A stretch of DNA of 64,000 bases. It comes from Planctomycetota bacterium. Its GTDB lineage: Bacteria > Planctomycetota > JAJSAM01 > JAJVHW01. The stretch spans positions 1,696,001 through 1,760,000 of the forward strand of contig CBDFJG010000004.1 of NCBI GenBank assembly GCA_965248445.1, read 5' to 3'. The translations under genes and the position numbers were made by a program. Under the pieces are notes generated by a model. The model was not told where the DNA came from. It saw only the letters and a program-made list of their open reading frames with translations, and made no database searches. Of the stretch, positions 17,966 through 27,207 are shown piece after piece (the first letter of the stretch is position 1; every line of letters starts with the position of its first letter).

Positions 17966-19540
17966 ATGCGCGCGCCTCCCACCGCCACTCGTCACGCCGC
18001 GGCGATCACAGCGATGCTGGCGGCGGTCTTGTTCGTAGCCGCCGCTCGGCCGGTGGCGGCCCGGGCAGCGGACGACGGCGCGGATGCAGATCCGTACGGC
18101 AAGATCCTGGCCGATTACCGCCAGCGCATGCGGACCGCGAACGTCGAGCGGGCCGTGGACGCGCTCCAACTGCTCGATCCGCAGAACTCACGGTCGCTGC
18201 CGGAGATCGTGAAGCTCCTGGCGACCGGACACTGGTACGTGCGAGGCCACGCCATCGATGCCCTGGCCACGGTGCCCGCGGGCCCGCTGCGCTCGGAGAT
18301 GCGACTCCACCTGATCACTCACGAGGACCCGTGGGTGCGCGAGGGCATCGCCTACGCCATGTCGACAGGGCCCGTTGCGGGAGACGCCGAGGCGCTCGCC
18401 GCCGCGATGGACGATGCGGACTTCCGGGTGCGCCGCACGGCCTCGCGGGCACTCGGCGAGATCCTGTCGAAGGAGGGCGTCCAGCGCCTTGTGCGCGCCA
18501 TCGCCGAGGAACAGGACGTCCGCGTTGTCGTCTGGGTGCGCAGGAGCCTCCGCATGATCGCGGGCAGCGACCTCGGCGCCGATCCGGCCGTCTGGCAGGA
18601 GTGGTGGAAGCGCCACAAGGACCGGCCCGAGTGGACGAGCCAGGGCGACGAAGTTTCCCGGGGCGACTTCGCCGGCGTTCCGCTCGAGACCTTCACCGTC
18701 GAATCGAACGTGACGTCCGAGGACGCGGAGCGCCGCCGCAACCGGCCGGACCTCTTCGTGCTCGCGCCGTTCGGTTACTCGCACGACTACTTCCGTCCGT
18801 ATCTCGACGAGGCGTCCCGCTTCGTGCGCATCACGTACGTGACGCTGCCAAGCGTCCGGGAACTGACCCGCTCGACGGGGTTCGGGTCTTCCATTCCCGT
18901 CTACCCCGTGGCGAAGCTCGCCAAGGCGCTCGACGCGCTGCGCGAGCAGAAGGAGAAGGACCAGATCATCCTGATGGCGCCGGGACCGGCGGTGTGGATC
19001 GCCGAGTACTACGCGCTCAAGCACGAGAAGCACGTCGCGGGGCTCGTGCTGTCCAACGGCTGGCTCGACCGCACCTCGTACGCCAACGGTCTCATGCGGC
19101 TTGCGCGAGACGGCACCGGACCGGAGAAGTGGGCAGCCGGACTGCTCATGGGCCGCGGCACCCCACGGCGTGACGAGCTGGAGGGTCAGCGCATGCGCCG
19201 CATCTTCCTGACGCACGCTCTGACCGACCGGCGGGACAGCGAGGCGTGGCGGCTGTGGAAGGACACCGCGCGCGACCACGGTTTCGTGACCGTGCCGCCC
19301 ATCGACTTCAGCCGGCGAGTGCGCATCGAGAAGCCCACGCTGTTCACGTTCCCCGGCGCGTCACCCCTCGGCGGCGGCACGCCGGAGGACCTCCGCCGCA
19401 TCCGTGAGTCGTTCAAGAAGCCGCCCCCGATCACCGCCGTGCTGCGCGACTCGAGGGGCCTGCTGCACGTGGAAGAGCCGCAGGAGTTCCTGCGCGTGCT
19501 GGAGGGCTTCCTCCGGTACATGGGACTGATCCCGCGCTGA
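17966..19540 (+). CDS. Exported HEAT-repeat protein fused to a degenerate alpha/beta-hydrolase domain
   Basis: Signal peptide; HEAT repeats (DFRVRRTASRALGEI) with cap WQEWW; C-terminal hydrolase-like segments IEKPTLF and HVEEPQEFLRVLEGFL. Confidence 0.75.
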   Translation: MRAPPTATRHAAAITAMLAAVLFVAAARPVAARAADDGADADPYGKILADYRQRMRTANVERAVDALQLLDPQNSRSLPEIVKLLATGHWYVRGHAIDALATVPAGPLRSEMRLHLITHEDPWVREGIAYAMSTGPVAGDAEALAAAMDDADFRVRRTASRALGEILSKEGVQRLVRAIAEEQDVRVVVWVRRSLRMIAGSDLGADPAVWQEWWKRHKDRPEWTSQGDEVSRGDFAGVPLETFTVESNVTSEDAERRRNRPDLFVLAPFGYSHDYFRPYLDEASRFVRITYVTLPSVRELTRSTGFGSSIPVYPVAKLAKALDALREQKEKDQIILMAPGPAVWIAEYYALKHEKHVAGLVLSNGWLDRTSYANGLMRLARDGTGPEKWAAGLLMGRGTPRRDELEGQRMRRIFLTHALTDRRDSEAWRLWKDTARDHGFVTVPPIDFSRRVRIEKPTLFTFPGASPLGGGTPEDLRRIRESFKKPPPITAVLRDSRGLLHVEEPQEFLRVLEGFLRYMGLIPR

Positions 19541-19569
19541 GGCGGAGAACGAGACCTGAGGAGGGGACC

Positions 19570-20262
19570 ATGAGGACGATCGCACTCGCGACGGCGCTGC
19601 TCGCCACGCTTCTCATCGCATCGCCGCTGTCCGCGCAGGAGGGCGGAGCGCCCGATCTCGCGACACGTTGCGAGGCCGTGAAGTTCGAGCACCGGGGAAC
19701 GGACGGCGACAGTCTGTTGCCGGCGGGTCTGGTCGAGATCCGCGACGAACTCCGCGAACGCGGCGTCCAGTCGCTCGACGACATCGAAGCGGCGATTCCG
19801 AAGAGCGCGAATCTGCGCCGCCTGGTGCCGTTCCTGGTCGACGAGTGGCCGTGCGACAGGACCCGCGCGCTGCTCATCGGGCTCCTCTCGGACCGGGAGG
19901 ACTTCATCGCGTCGTTCGCCGCGTTCGCGCTGGGCGAGGTCGGCGGCAAGGAGGTCGTCGGCCCGCTGATCGAGGCCGCGACAAAGCGCCCGGGGACCCT
20001 GCGCCACAACGTCCTGACCGCGCTACCGGGTCTGGGCGGTCTCCGCAGGGCCGGATTGGAACTGGCGCTCACCTCCACGGGCGACAGCGAGGCCTGGGTG
20101 CGGCAGTCGGCCTACTCGTGCCTCGAGTCGGCGGACTGGGACAAGGCGATCGCGGAAGCGATCCCGGCGCTCGAGGAGGCCGTCGAGTTCGAGAGCGTCG
20201 TGGACGCCAAGATCGCCGGCCAGCGCGCGCTTCGGGTCCTGCGCGCCCGCTCGGAGAAGTAG
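19570..20262 (+). CDS. Exported HEAT-repeat protein
   Basis: SD GGAGG; signal peptide ending PLSA-Q; HEAT-like motifs AAFALGEVGG and DSEAWVRQSA. Confidence 0.75.
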   Translation: MRTIALATALLATLLIASPLSAQEGGAPDLATRCEAVKFEHRGTDGDSLLPAGLVEIRDELRERGVQSLDDIEAAIPKSANLRRLVPFLVDEWPCDRTRALLIGLLSDREDFIASFAAFALGEVGGKEVVGPLIEAATKRPGTLRHNVLTALPGLGGLRRAGLELALTSTGDSEAWVRQSAYSCLESADWDKAIAEAIPALEEAVEFESVVDAKIAGQRALRVLRARSEK

Positions 20263-20350
20263 CCGCAGGGCGAGAGCCGCCGGGCCCTCGCCAAGAGGGA
20301 GCGAAACGTAGAGCCCGTCCCGTACGTTGCAGGGTGGAGAGGAAGCGCCC

Positions 20351-21520
20351 ATGCCCCATGCCCCATCGCACGTCTCGACGGTCTGCCTGTTGCTCGCCGG
20401 CCTGGCCGTCGTAGCCGCCGCCGGGGGCGAGACCGGGAAGGTGCCCGTGACCGAGCACTTCGCCGGGAAGGTCACCAAGATCACGCCCGAGGGCGAGATC
20501 GAGATCCGCTACGACTTCGAGGAGAAGGGCCAGATGGCCGACTTCGAGAAGTCGCTGCCGTTCCGGGCCGTCTCGACGGTCGAGGGCACGATCGAGAATG
20601 GGCGTGTGCGCTTGAAGGGCACGGGAAGCCTGCGCCACAAGGCGGTCTTCAAGGACTACGTCGCGGCGTCGGCCAAGTTCACGCCCTACATCCCGTACGA
20701 CTTCGGGTTCTCCGTGTCGGAGGAGAGCAAGAGCGAGATCTTCACGCTGTACTGCGTGCGCGACCGCTACTTCAGCAAGGGCGACAACGTCAATCACCCG
20801 CAGAACATGGTGATCAAGTTCATCCCGCGGGACGCGGGGCGACGCAAGGACGGCTACCAGGACTGGCGTTACTGCGGTTCGCGGGGCGAGAAGCCGGGCC
20901 TGCGCGGCGGCCAGACGATCGACGTGCAGATCCGCCGCGGCGAGAACAAGAGCTTCATGCAGATCGACGACACGTTCACGGCCAAGGGTAAGGAGGCCGC
21001 CCGCGACCTCACGACGCAGATGCTCGGCATCTACGGCTACAAGGCGGACACCCGGTTCGACGACCTGGTGGTCACCGGCGTCCTCCATCCCTCGTACGTG
21101 AAGCGGCACAACCTCGATCTCGAGGTCGAGCCGGAGGTGGTCGAGGACCCCGACGCGGCGCCCAAGAGCGACTACTCCGAAGAAGCGGCCGGACTGTTCC
21201 GCGCGAGGATCGCCGCGTATCCGCGCCAGACGAAGCGCCCGGCCATGGGCAAGATGCTTGCCGACGTCGAGGTGCCGCTGGCGTTGCGTCAGGAGGCCGC
21301 GGAGCGGATCAAGGCGAACCGGGACAAGAAGATGGTCCCTTACCTCCTCGACGCCCTGAACTCCGACGACCAGCCAACCCGCGGCCTGGGGGCTGACCTC
21401 GTCAAGGGGCTCACAAACAGCACGTTCGGCTTCCGGCCCGGCGACAAGCCCGAGAAGCGCAAGAAGGCGGTCCAGAAGCTCCTGGCCCACGTCCAGAAGA
21501 ACGCCCGCGACTTCCGATAG
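20351..21520 (+). CDS. Exported protein: beta-sandwich (LamG/lectin-like) domain plus C-terminal HEAT repeat
   Basis: Signal peptide; YDFE...RFDDLVVTG beta-rich domain; VPYLLDALNSDDQPTR HEAT repeat. Confidence 0.65.
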   Translation: MPHAPSHVSTVCLLLAGLAVVAAAGGETGKVPVTEHFAGKVTKITPEGEIEIRYDFEEKGQMADFEKSLPFRAVSTVEGTIENGRVRLKGTGSLRHKAVFKDYVAASAKFTPYIPYDFGFSVSEESKSEIFTLYCVRDRYFSKGDNVNHPQNMVIKFIPRDAGRRKDGYQDWRYCGSRGEKPGLRGGQTIDVQIRRGENKSFMQIDDTFTAKGKEAARDLTTQMLGIYGYKADTRFDDLVVTGVLHPSYVKRHNLDLEVEPEVVEDPDAAPKSDYSEEAAGLFRARIAAYPRQTKRPAMGKMLADVEVPLALRQEAAERIKANRDKKMVPYLLDALNSDDQPTRGLGADLVKGLTNSTFGFRPGDKPEKRKKAVQKLLAHVQKNARDFR

Positions 21521-21601
21521 GGCTCCGTCAGGCTCGGAACAGCCCCGCGAGCCCGCAGGGCTTTCAGAACCGGGTCCTTCAGGTGACAATCCCAGGGTCC
21601 G

Positions 21602-21629
21602 GTGAACCTGACGGCAGGCTCGGACGTCC
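21602..21629 (+). promoter_or_regulatory. Putative ECF-sigma promoter (GTGAACC-N16-CGTCC)
   Basis: Same -35 box and spacing as the site upstream of the ECF sigma gene. Confidence 0.45.
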
Positions 21630-21705
21630 TACAGAACGACCCCCTCGCAGATTCGGCGAAACCGCCGGAACGCGCGAGGGTTGTGAGTCCGGAGGTAGAA
21701 GGACC

Positions 21706-22143
21706 ATGAAGAAGTTCATCCTGATCGCATTCGCGGCGCTCTCCTGCGTGGTGGCGGCGACGACCCTCGGCCCGGAGGCCAGCTACGCCCGTGGCGGCGG
21801 TGGCGGCGGTGGCGGTGGTCGCGGCGGTGGTCGCGGCGGCGGTCGTGGTGGTCGTGGTGGTCGTGGTGGTGGTCGTGGTGGCGGCGGCGTCGGTGGCGGC
21901 ATGACAGGCCGCGGCGGCCGCACCTCGAACGCACGCTTCGACGGCAAGAACACCTCGGGCTACATCGAGCAACTCCAGCGCGAGCAGGCGGACGCAGAAC
22001 GTCCGGACTTCCAGGCGGGCAACCGTGATGAGTCGCTGCGGCGCGAGCGGGACCGCTCGCGGGCGGCGGACCTGGCGGCCGAGCGCAACGACGCCGCAGC
22101 CGAGCGACGCGCCGACCAGGAAGCCGGCGCGCACCCGTACTGA
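21706..22143 (+). CDS. Small exported Gly/Arg (RGG)-rich protein
   Basis: Purine-rich GGAGG/AAGGA leader; MKKFILIAFAALSCVVAA signal; GGR repeats followed by a charged helix. Confidence 0.75.
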   Translation: MKKFILIAFAALSCVVAATTLGPEASYARGGGGGGGGGRGGGRGGGRGGRGGRGGGRGGGGVGGGMTGRGGRTSNARFDGKNTSGYIEQLQREQADAERPDFQAGNRDESLRRERDRSRAADLAAERNDAAAERRADQEAGAHPY

Positions 22144-22259
22144 TCGATGACCTCTTCGAGGTCCCTCCTCGAGCGCTGTATGACGCGCACGGGTAGGGAC
22201 CTCGTTCTCCATCCGGGCTTTCGCTCTGCAAAGCCTCTCCTCCAACTGCGAGGTGCGCC

Positions 22260-24017
22260 ATGACGCATCGCCTCCCCCCGTTCACGCGCACGCTGGCGCT
22301 CGCCTTGGCGCTCGCGCTTGGTTCGACGCTCGCACCGGTAGCGGTGCAGCCGGCTGCGCAAGCCGCCGAAGCGTCGGCAAAGCGCGTGAAGGACGCCCAG
22401 CGGAAGCTCCGCCAGCAAGACCTGACGGGAGCACTCAAGGACCTCGAAGCCGCGCTCAACGCGGATCCGAACGATCCCGACGCGAACCTCCTCTATCAGG
22501 ACACCGCGAGCGAGGTGCTCGGCATCGCCGACGTCGAGGCGCGCTACACCGAGCTGGCGGCTGCGAATCCTGACGATCCCCTGTTCCAGTTCCTCGCGGC
22601 GCGGCTGCTCGAGACCGAGGCCTCGGCGTCCGCGTTCGAAAAGCTGAAGGGGAAGTTCAAGGACTCGCCCTGGCCGCACGTCGGTAAGGCGCGCGCGCTC
22701 GAGGGGCTCGACAGGGTGGACACCGCGCTGAACGAGCTCGACGCGGCCATCGGCAAGGCCCCGGAGGCCGACAAGCCCCGTTTCCGCACCTACCGTGCGG
22801 CCGCGCTCGAGCGGGCCAAGCGCTGGGCGACCGCCGTGTCCTCCTGGCGCTCCGTCGTCGTGTCGCGTCCCGAAGACGGATCTGCACACATCGGCCTCGG
22901 TGAGGCGCTCCGCGGCTCCGGCGCGCCGGACGAGGCCATCGAGGCGTTCGACGCGGCCGCCAAGCACATGCCCGGAGACCCGGAGCCGCATTACCGCAAG
23001 GGCATCGCTCTCCTGGACCAAGGCAACTGGGACGAGTCCGTCGTGGCACTCGAGCAGGCGCTGAAGCTCGACAAGGAGATGGTCGAGGCGATGTGCGCGG
23101 CCAGCGAGGCGCTGCTCGCCAAAGCGACCGAGAACATCCAAGACCTCAGGAAGCCGTACGACGAGAAGGTCCTGTCCAAGGCGGACAAGTACGCGTCGAA
23201 GGCGATCACCGTCAACCCCGACAGCGCGCGCGCGCACTTCGCGCTGGGCGCGGTTCTCGAGGTCGCAGGTGAAGCCGACATCGAGAAGATGCGAACGGCG
23301 ATCGAGGAGTACTCGGCCGTTCTGGCGATCTACACCTTCCCGGGACCCGAGCGGGTGCGCGGGCTGGTTGCGCGCGCGTACGTGAACCTGCGTATGGCGC
23401 GTTTCCCTGACGCGCTCGAGGACGCGGAGAACGCCCTGGACATCGACGCGAACCACGCGACCGCAACGCTCCACGCAGCGCACGCTCTCGTCGGGTCGGA
23501 GCTCTACGAGGACGCGATCAAGAAGTACTTCAAGCCCGGCGCCAAGAAGTGGAAGACCGATCCCCGCTTCCCCCACGGCATGGGCATGGCGTACTGGAGC
23601 CTCGGCAAGATCAAGGACGCCGAGAAGGGCCTGAAGGCTGCCGCGAAGATCGAGCCGGACAACGGCATCTACCGGCTCGCATACGGCGAGTACCTCTACG
23701 AGCAGCGCAAGAACAAGGACGCGGTCAAGGAACTGTTCGAGGCCACGGAGTTGCGTCCCTGGGACGCGGCAGCGTGGCGTGCGTTCGGCCGCGCCTGCAC
23801 CTCGCAGAAGCACTGGGAGGACGCGGTCGAGGCGTTCGAGAAGGCCATCGAGCTGGATGCCGAGTCCATCGAAGAGCACCTCTACTGCGCCATCATCCTG
23901 GCCGACCAGATGAAGAAGCCCGAGGACGCCAAGCCGCACATCGAGACCTTCCGCGAGAAGGGCGGTTCGGATCCGAACCTCGAGGACTGGATGGACCGAG
24001 TCCTCGAAGGCAAGTGA
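22260..24017 (+). CDS. Exported tetratricopeptide-repeat protein
   Basis: SD GAGG; signal peptide; many TPRs (AHIGLGEALRGSG, AHFALGAVLE, AWRAFGRAC). Confidence 0.9.
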   Translation: MTHRLPPFTRTLALALALALGSTLAPVAVQPAAQAAEASAKRVKDAQRKLRQQDLTGALKDLEAALNADPNDPDANLLYQDTASEVLGIADVEARYTELAAANPDDPLFQFLAARLLETEASASAFEKLKGKFKDSPWPHVGKARALEGLDRVDTALNELDAAIGKAPEADKPRFRTYRAAALERAKRWATAVSSWRSVVVSRPEDGSAHIGLGEALRGSGAPDEAIEAFDAAAKHMPGDPEPHYRKGIALLDQGNWDESVVALEQALKLDKEMVEAMCAASEALLAKATENIQDLRKPYDEKVLSKADKYASKAITVNPDSARAHFALGAVLEVAGEADIEKMRTAIEEYSAVLAIYTFPGPERVRGLVARAYVNLRMARFPDALEDAENALDIDANHATATLHAAHALVGSELYEDAIKKYFKPGAKKWKTDPRFPHGMGMAYWSLGKIKDAEKGLKAAAKIEPDNGIYRLAYGEYLYEQRKNKDAVKELFEATELRPWDAAAWRAFGRACTSQKHWEDAVEAFEKAIELDAESIEEHLYCAIILADQMKKPEDAKPHIETFREKGGSDPNLEDWMDRVLEGK

Positions 24018-25234
24018 AGGGCGCGACACGCCGACCGCTACGCACGCTGTTCGCAGCGGCGCTGATTCTGGCGCTGGCACCGGCCGCGTTCGCAAAGAAC
24101 AAGGTCGACGTGCCCGAGATCCCGGGCGCCACACCGGCCGCCCGTGTGGACGCCGCGCGCAAGCTCGCCACCGAGAACCCGGAGGGCCTGGCGCACGCAC
24201 TGGCCGCGATCGCCGACGCCAAGCCGAAGAAGGACGCCGCCGCCGAGGCACTGGACTTCCTCGTCCCGTATCTGGTCGGGGAGCCGTCCCGCGTTCTGCG
24301 CCTGCTCGCGGTCGACGCGGCAGAGCGCATCGATCCGGCCGGCGCTGCCGAGAGACTCCGGCCGTTCGCGGTGCCGGAAGACGCGTTCACCGCGGCGTGC
24401 GCCGCTGAGGCGCTCGGGTACGTCGGAACGAAGGAAGACGTGCCGCCGCTCGTCGAGCTGGCGCGCATCACGCGCCTCGACGTCTCCGTCGCCGCGATCC
24501 GTGCCCTCGCGCGCATCGGCGACAAGAAGTCGGTCACGCAGCTCGTGGACATCGCCCTGACCCACGAGCGCGCCGAGATCGGCGACGAGTGCGCGTGGGC
24601 GGTGCAGGACATCCTCAAGAAGGAGAAGGCGATCCTCGCCAAGCTGAAGAAGGCCGCGGGCAAGGACGTTGACAAGAGGATCCGCTACGACACGATCGCG
24701 GCGATGCTCGCGGACGAGTCACAGCCGCTGCACGCGTGGGACAAGAAGTCTCTCGACAAGCTGCGCAAGCTGGCGCTCGATCGGCCGGACGAGGTTGGGA
24801 ACCCGAATCCCGTCAGGCAGCGCAAGGCGAAGGTGACCGCGGTCCTGGCGTGGCTGAAGGAGAGCCTCCCCGCGCACCACTTCTCGGTCGTCGTGGCGGT
24901 CAAGTCCATCGACTTCCCGATCAAGAAGGACCCGACGAAGTTCCTCGATCGCGACGAGCTCGCGGTGGGCATCCCCATCGGGCTGAAGGGCGTCTCCTAC
25001 ATCAAGCAGAGTGAAGGCCAGGTCGCCTACCACGTGCTGCGCTCGGCAATGGTCCTCCTCGAGCACGCGATGGGCAACCCGACCTGGGGCCGCCGTGGCT
25101 GGCACAACGCAGTCAGCGACACCTACGACCTCTGCAAAATCGCCGGCCTCTACAGCGTCGCCGACGGCGTCAACCGAGACGGCCTACTGGATCAGATCTA
25201 TGGGTTGCAGAGCCCCCCTTGGCGCGGCGAGTAG
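24014..25234 (+). CDS. Exported HEAT-repeat protein with uncharacterised C-terminal domain
   Basis: GTGA overlap with TPR gene; signal peptide ending PAAFA-K; HEAT motifs AAEALGYVG and AAIRALARIG. Confidence 0.8.
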   Translation: MKGATRRPLRTLFAAALILALAPAAFAKNKVDVPEIPGATPAARVDAARKLATENPEGLAHALAAIADAKPKKDAAAEALDFLVPYLVGEPSRVLRLLAVDAAERIDPAGAAERLRPFAVPEDAFTAACAAEALGYVGTKEDVPPLVELARITRLDVSVAAIRALARIGDKKSVTQLVDIALTHERAEIGDECAWAVQDILKKEKAILAKLKKAAGKDVDKRIRYDTIAAMLADESQPLHAWDKKSLDKLRKLALDRPDEVGNPNPVRQRKAKVTAVLAWLKESLPAHHFSVVVAVKSIDFPIKKDPTKFLDRDELAVGIPIGLKGVSYIKQSEGQVAYHVLRSAMVLLEHAMGNPTWGRRGWHNAVSDTYDLCKIAGLYSVADGVNRDGLLDQIYGLQSPPWRGE

Positions 25235-25297
25235 CCGCGACAAAAGGGGGCCTCTGCAACGGCCGCGACGCGAGTCCGCGTGCCAGCGGACGAGTGG

Positions 25298-25324
25298 GCA
25301 GAAGCCGTAAACAACGGCTTCTGC
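25298..25324. terminator. Hairpin between convergent genes (possible terminator)
   Basis: GCAGAAGCCGT-AAACA-ACGGCTTCTGC, perfect 11-bp stem; no clear U-tract. Confidence 0.4.
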
Positions 25325-25376
25325 AGCGGCACGGACGATCTGCGAGCCCCCCACCCATCGTCTCACCCCAACGGCT

Positions 25377-26513
25377 CTACACCTCCAGCACCTTCTCGTA
25401 CGGCGTCAGGTTCTCGCACCCGTCCTGCGTGACCAGCACCATGTCTTCGAGCCGCGCTCCACCGAGCTTCTCGTAGTAGAGACCCGGCTCGACCGTCACG
25501 ACGGCGCCGTTCGGCAGTCGGCTCGGCAACAATCCGAACGACGGCGGCTCGTGGATGTCGAGGCCGACGCCGTGACCGGTGCCGTGGAAGAAGCCCTGGT
25601 TGCGGCCGTTCTTCTCGCCCGTCGGCCAGCCCTCGGCATGGAACAGGTCGCGGATGCCCTGGTGGATGGCCTGCGCGTCGCAGCCGGCCTTGATCCGGTC
25701 GAACGCGTACTGCTGGCCGGCGTACACGGTGTCGTAGAGGTCACGCAACTCCCGTGACGCCTTCCCGCGCACGACCGTGCGCGTCATGTCAGAGTGGTAC
25801 CCCGTCGCGTTCTCCCGGGGGAAGATGTCGAAGATGATCGATTCATTCGGGCGCACGGGGCCAGAGCCGATGTCGTGCGGGTCGACGCACTGGTCCCCCA
25901 CGGCGACGATGGTGTGCGACGCCGTGCAGTCATCGCGTACCAGCGACTCGTGGATCACGGACCGCAGCAACTCGGCGGTGACCGTGTCGCCACCACGCCG
26001 TAGGACGCCGCTGCGCGTGCGCGCCTCGCGCAATACGTCGAGTGCCCCATTGAGCGCCCGCTCCCCGGCCGCCTGCGCGCGCCGGATGGCGGCGACCTCG
26101 TCGTCGCGCTTCCGTATCCGCTCTGGGAAGAACATCGGCGGGCGCACCTCGACGTCGATCCCTGCCGCCCGGAACGTATCCGCGGTGCCGACGGGGAACG
26201 ACGAGGGGACTGCCACGGCGCGAACCTCCTTCTCCTGCAGCACGAGCAGGAACGTCTCGGCGGGCGTCGCGGGACGCCCGAGTTTGCGACTCGCGCGCCC
26301 GCGGGCCGCGTAGCCGTCGATGACGTGCCGCGCGCGCCCCTGCCACTTCGCGCGGCCCACTTCGAGCGGCGAGACGACGATGTAACTGTGCGCGCCTCGC
26401 CGGAACCAGAAGGCGGGGTCCGTCAGCCACATCCCGCAGGCGTAGAGCATGTCCGCATCGCGCTCGCTGGCGGCATGGAGACAGAGTGCGCGCTGCGTCT
26501 TGCGGCGGCTCAC
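25377..26513 (-). CDS. Xaa-Pro aminopeptidase family (M24B) peptidase
   Basis: GYHSDMTRT, HGTGHGVGLDIHE, VTVEPGLY, GGARLED. Confidence 0.93.
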   Translation of the reverse strand: MSRRKTQRALCLHAASERDADMLYACGMWLTDPAFWFRRGAHSYIVVSPLEVGRAKWQGRARHVIDGYAARGRASRKLGRPATPAETFLLVLQEKEVRAVAVPSSFPVGTADTFRAAGIDVEVRPPMFFPERIRKRDDEVAAIRRAQAAGERALNGALDVLREARTRSGVLRRGGDTVTAELLRSVIHESLVRDDCTASHTIVAVGDQCVDPHDIGSGPVRPNESIIFDIFPRENATGYHSDMTRTVVRGKASRELRDLYDTVYAGQQYAFDRIKAGCDAQAIHQGIRDLFHAEGWPTGEKNGRNQGFFHGTGHGVGLDIHEPPSFGLLPSRLPNGAVVTVEPGLYYEKLGGARLEDMVLVTQDGCENLTPYEKVLEV

Positions 26514-27151
26514 GCTACGGCTCTCCCCGCGGACGTGCCGAGCACCGCGTCGAGCCGGTCGATCAGCAGCGCGCTCCAGGTCTCGAACGTGTCGCGCTCC
26601 TCCGTCGCCAGGCGCAACAGTTCTCGGCGCGGCACGAAAGAGCCGGTCAAGGTATCGGTCTCGCGCACGGTGACGTCGCCGTCCACCGAGACGACCGCGA
26701 CCAGACCGAAGTGCACGCTCCCCACGTCGGTGCTGTCGTCGTTCAGCGATCCGACCACGCGGGCGGACCAGTGGCCGTCGATGGAGATCTCCTCGTCGAT
26801 CTCGCGCTGCAGAGCCAGGTCGAGCAGGTCGCAGTCATGGCCGGGGTCCTGCCCGTCGTCGATCGGGTTGACGTGCCCGCCGATGCCGATCGATCGCTTG
26901 CCGTGCAAGCGTCCCTCGCCGCCGCCGATCCGCTGGGTGAGGAACACCTCGTCCCCGCGCGTGACGACGCAGTAGGGGATGACCTGCTTCATAGAGGCGT
27001 CCTGCTCTGCGTGTCGCCGCTCCACGAAGAAGCCGCAGGATCGGATTCGTGCGAGCAGCGCGTCCATCTCGGCCGCCTCGGGCACGACGAGGCCGTGGGG
27101 ACACGCGCGCTCGAACAGGTCGAACCGCTTCACGACGTAGACGAACTCCAT
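26510..27151 (-). CDS. NUDIX-family phosphoesterase
   Basis: KQVIPY, EGRLHGKRSIGIGGHVNP, REIDEE, DVGSVHFG. Confidence 0.88.
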   Translation of the reverse strand: MEFVYVVKRFDLFERACPHGLVVPEAAEMDALLARIRSCGFFVERRHAEQDASMKQVIPYCVVTRGDEVFLTQRIGGGEGRLHGKRSIGIGGHVNPIDDGQDPGHDCDLLDLALQREIDEEISIDGHWSARVVGSLNDDSTDVGSVHFGLVAVVSVDGDVTVRETDTLTGSFVPRRELLRLATEERDTFETWSALLIDRLDAVLGTSAGRAVA

Positions 27152-27207
27152 GCCCACGATCCTACTGTGGGGCTCCGATGCTCCCGAGACGCGTAACATG
27201 GCGCGCG

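Noticed and set aside
21791..21900. GGY trinucleotide tracts (also near 52660) as non-coding repeats or G-quadruplex signals
   Set aside because: Explained by poly-Gly/RGG coding in exported proteins.
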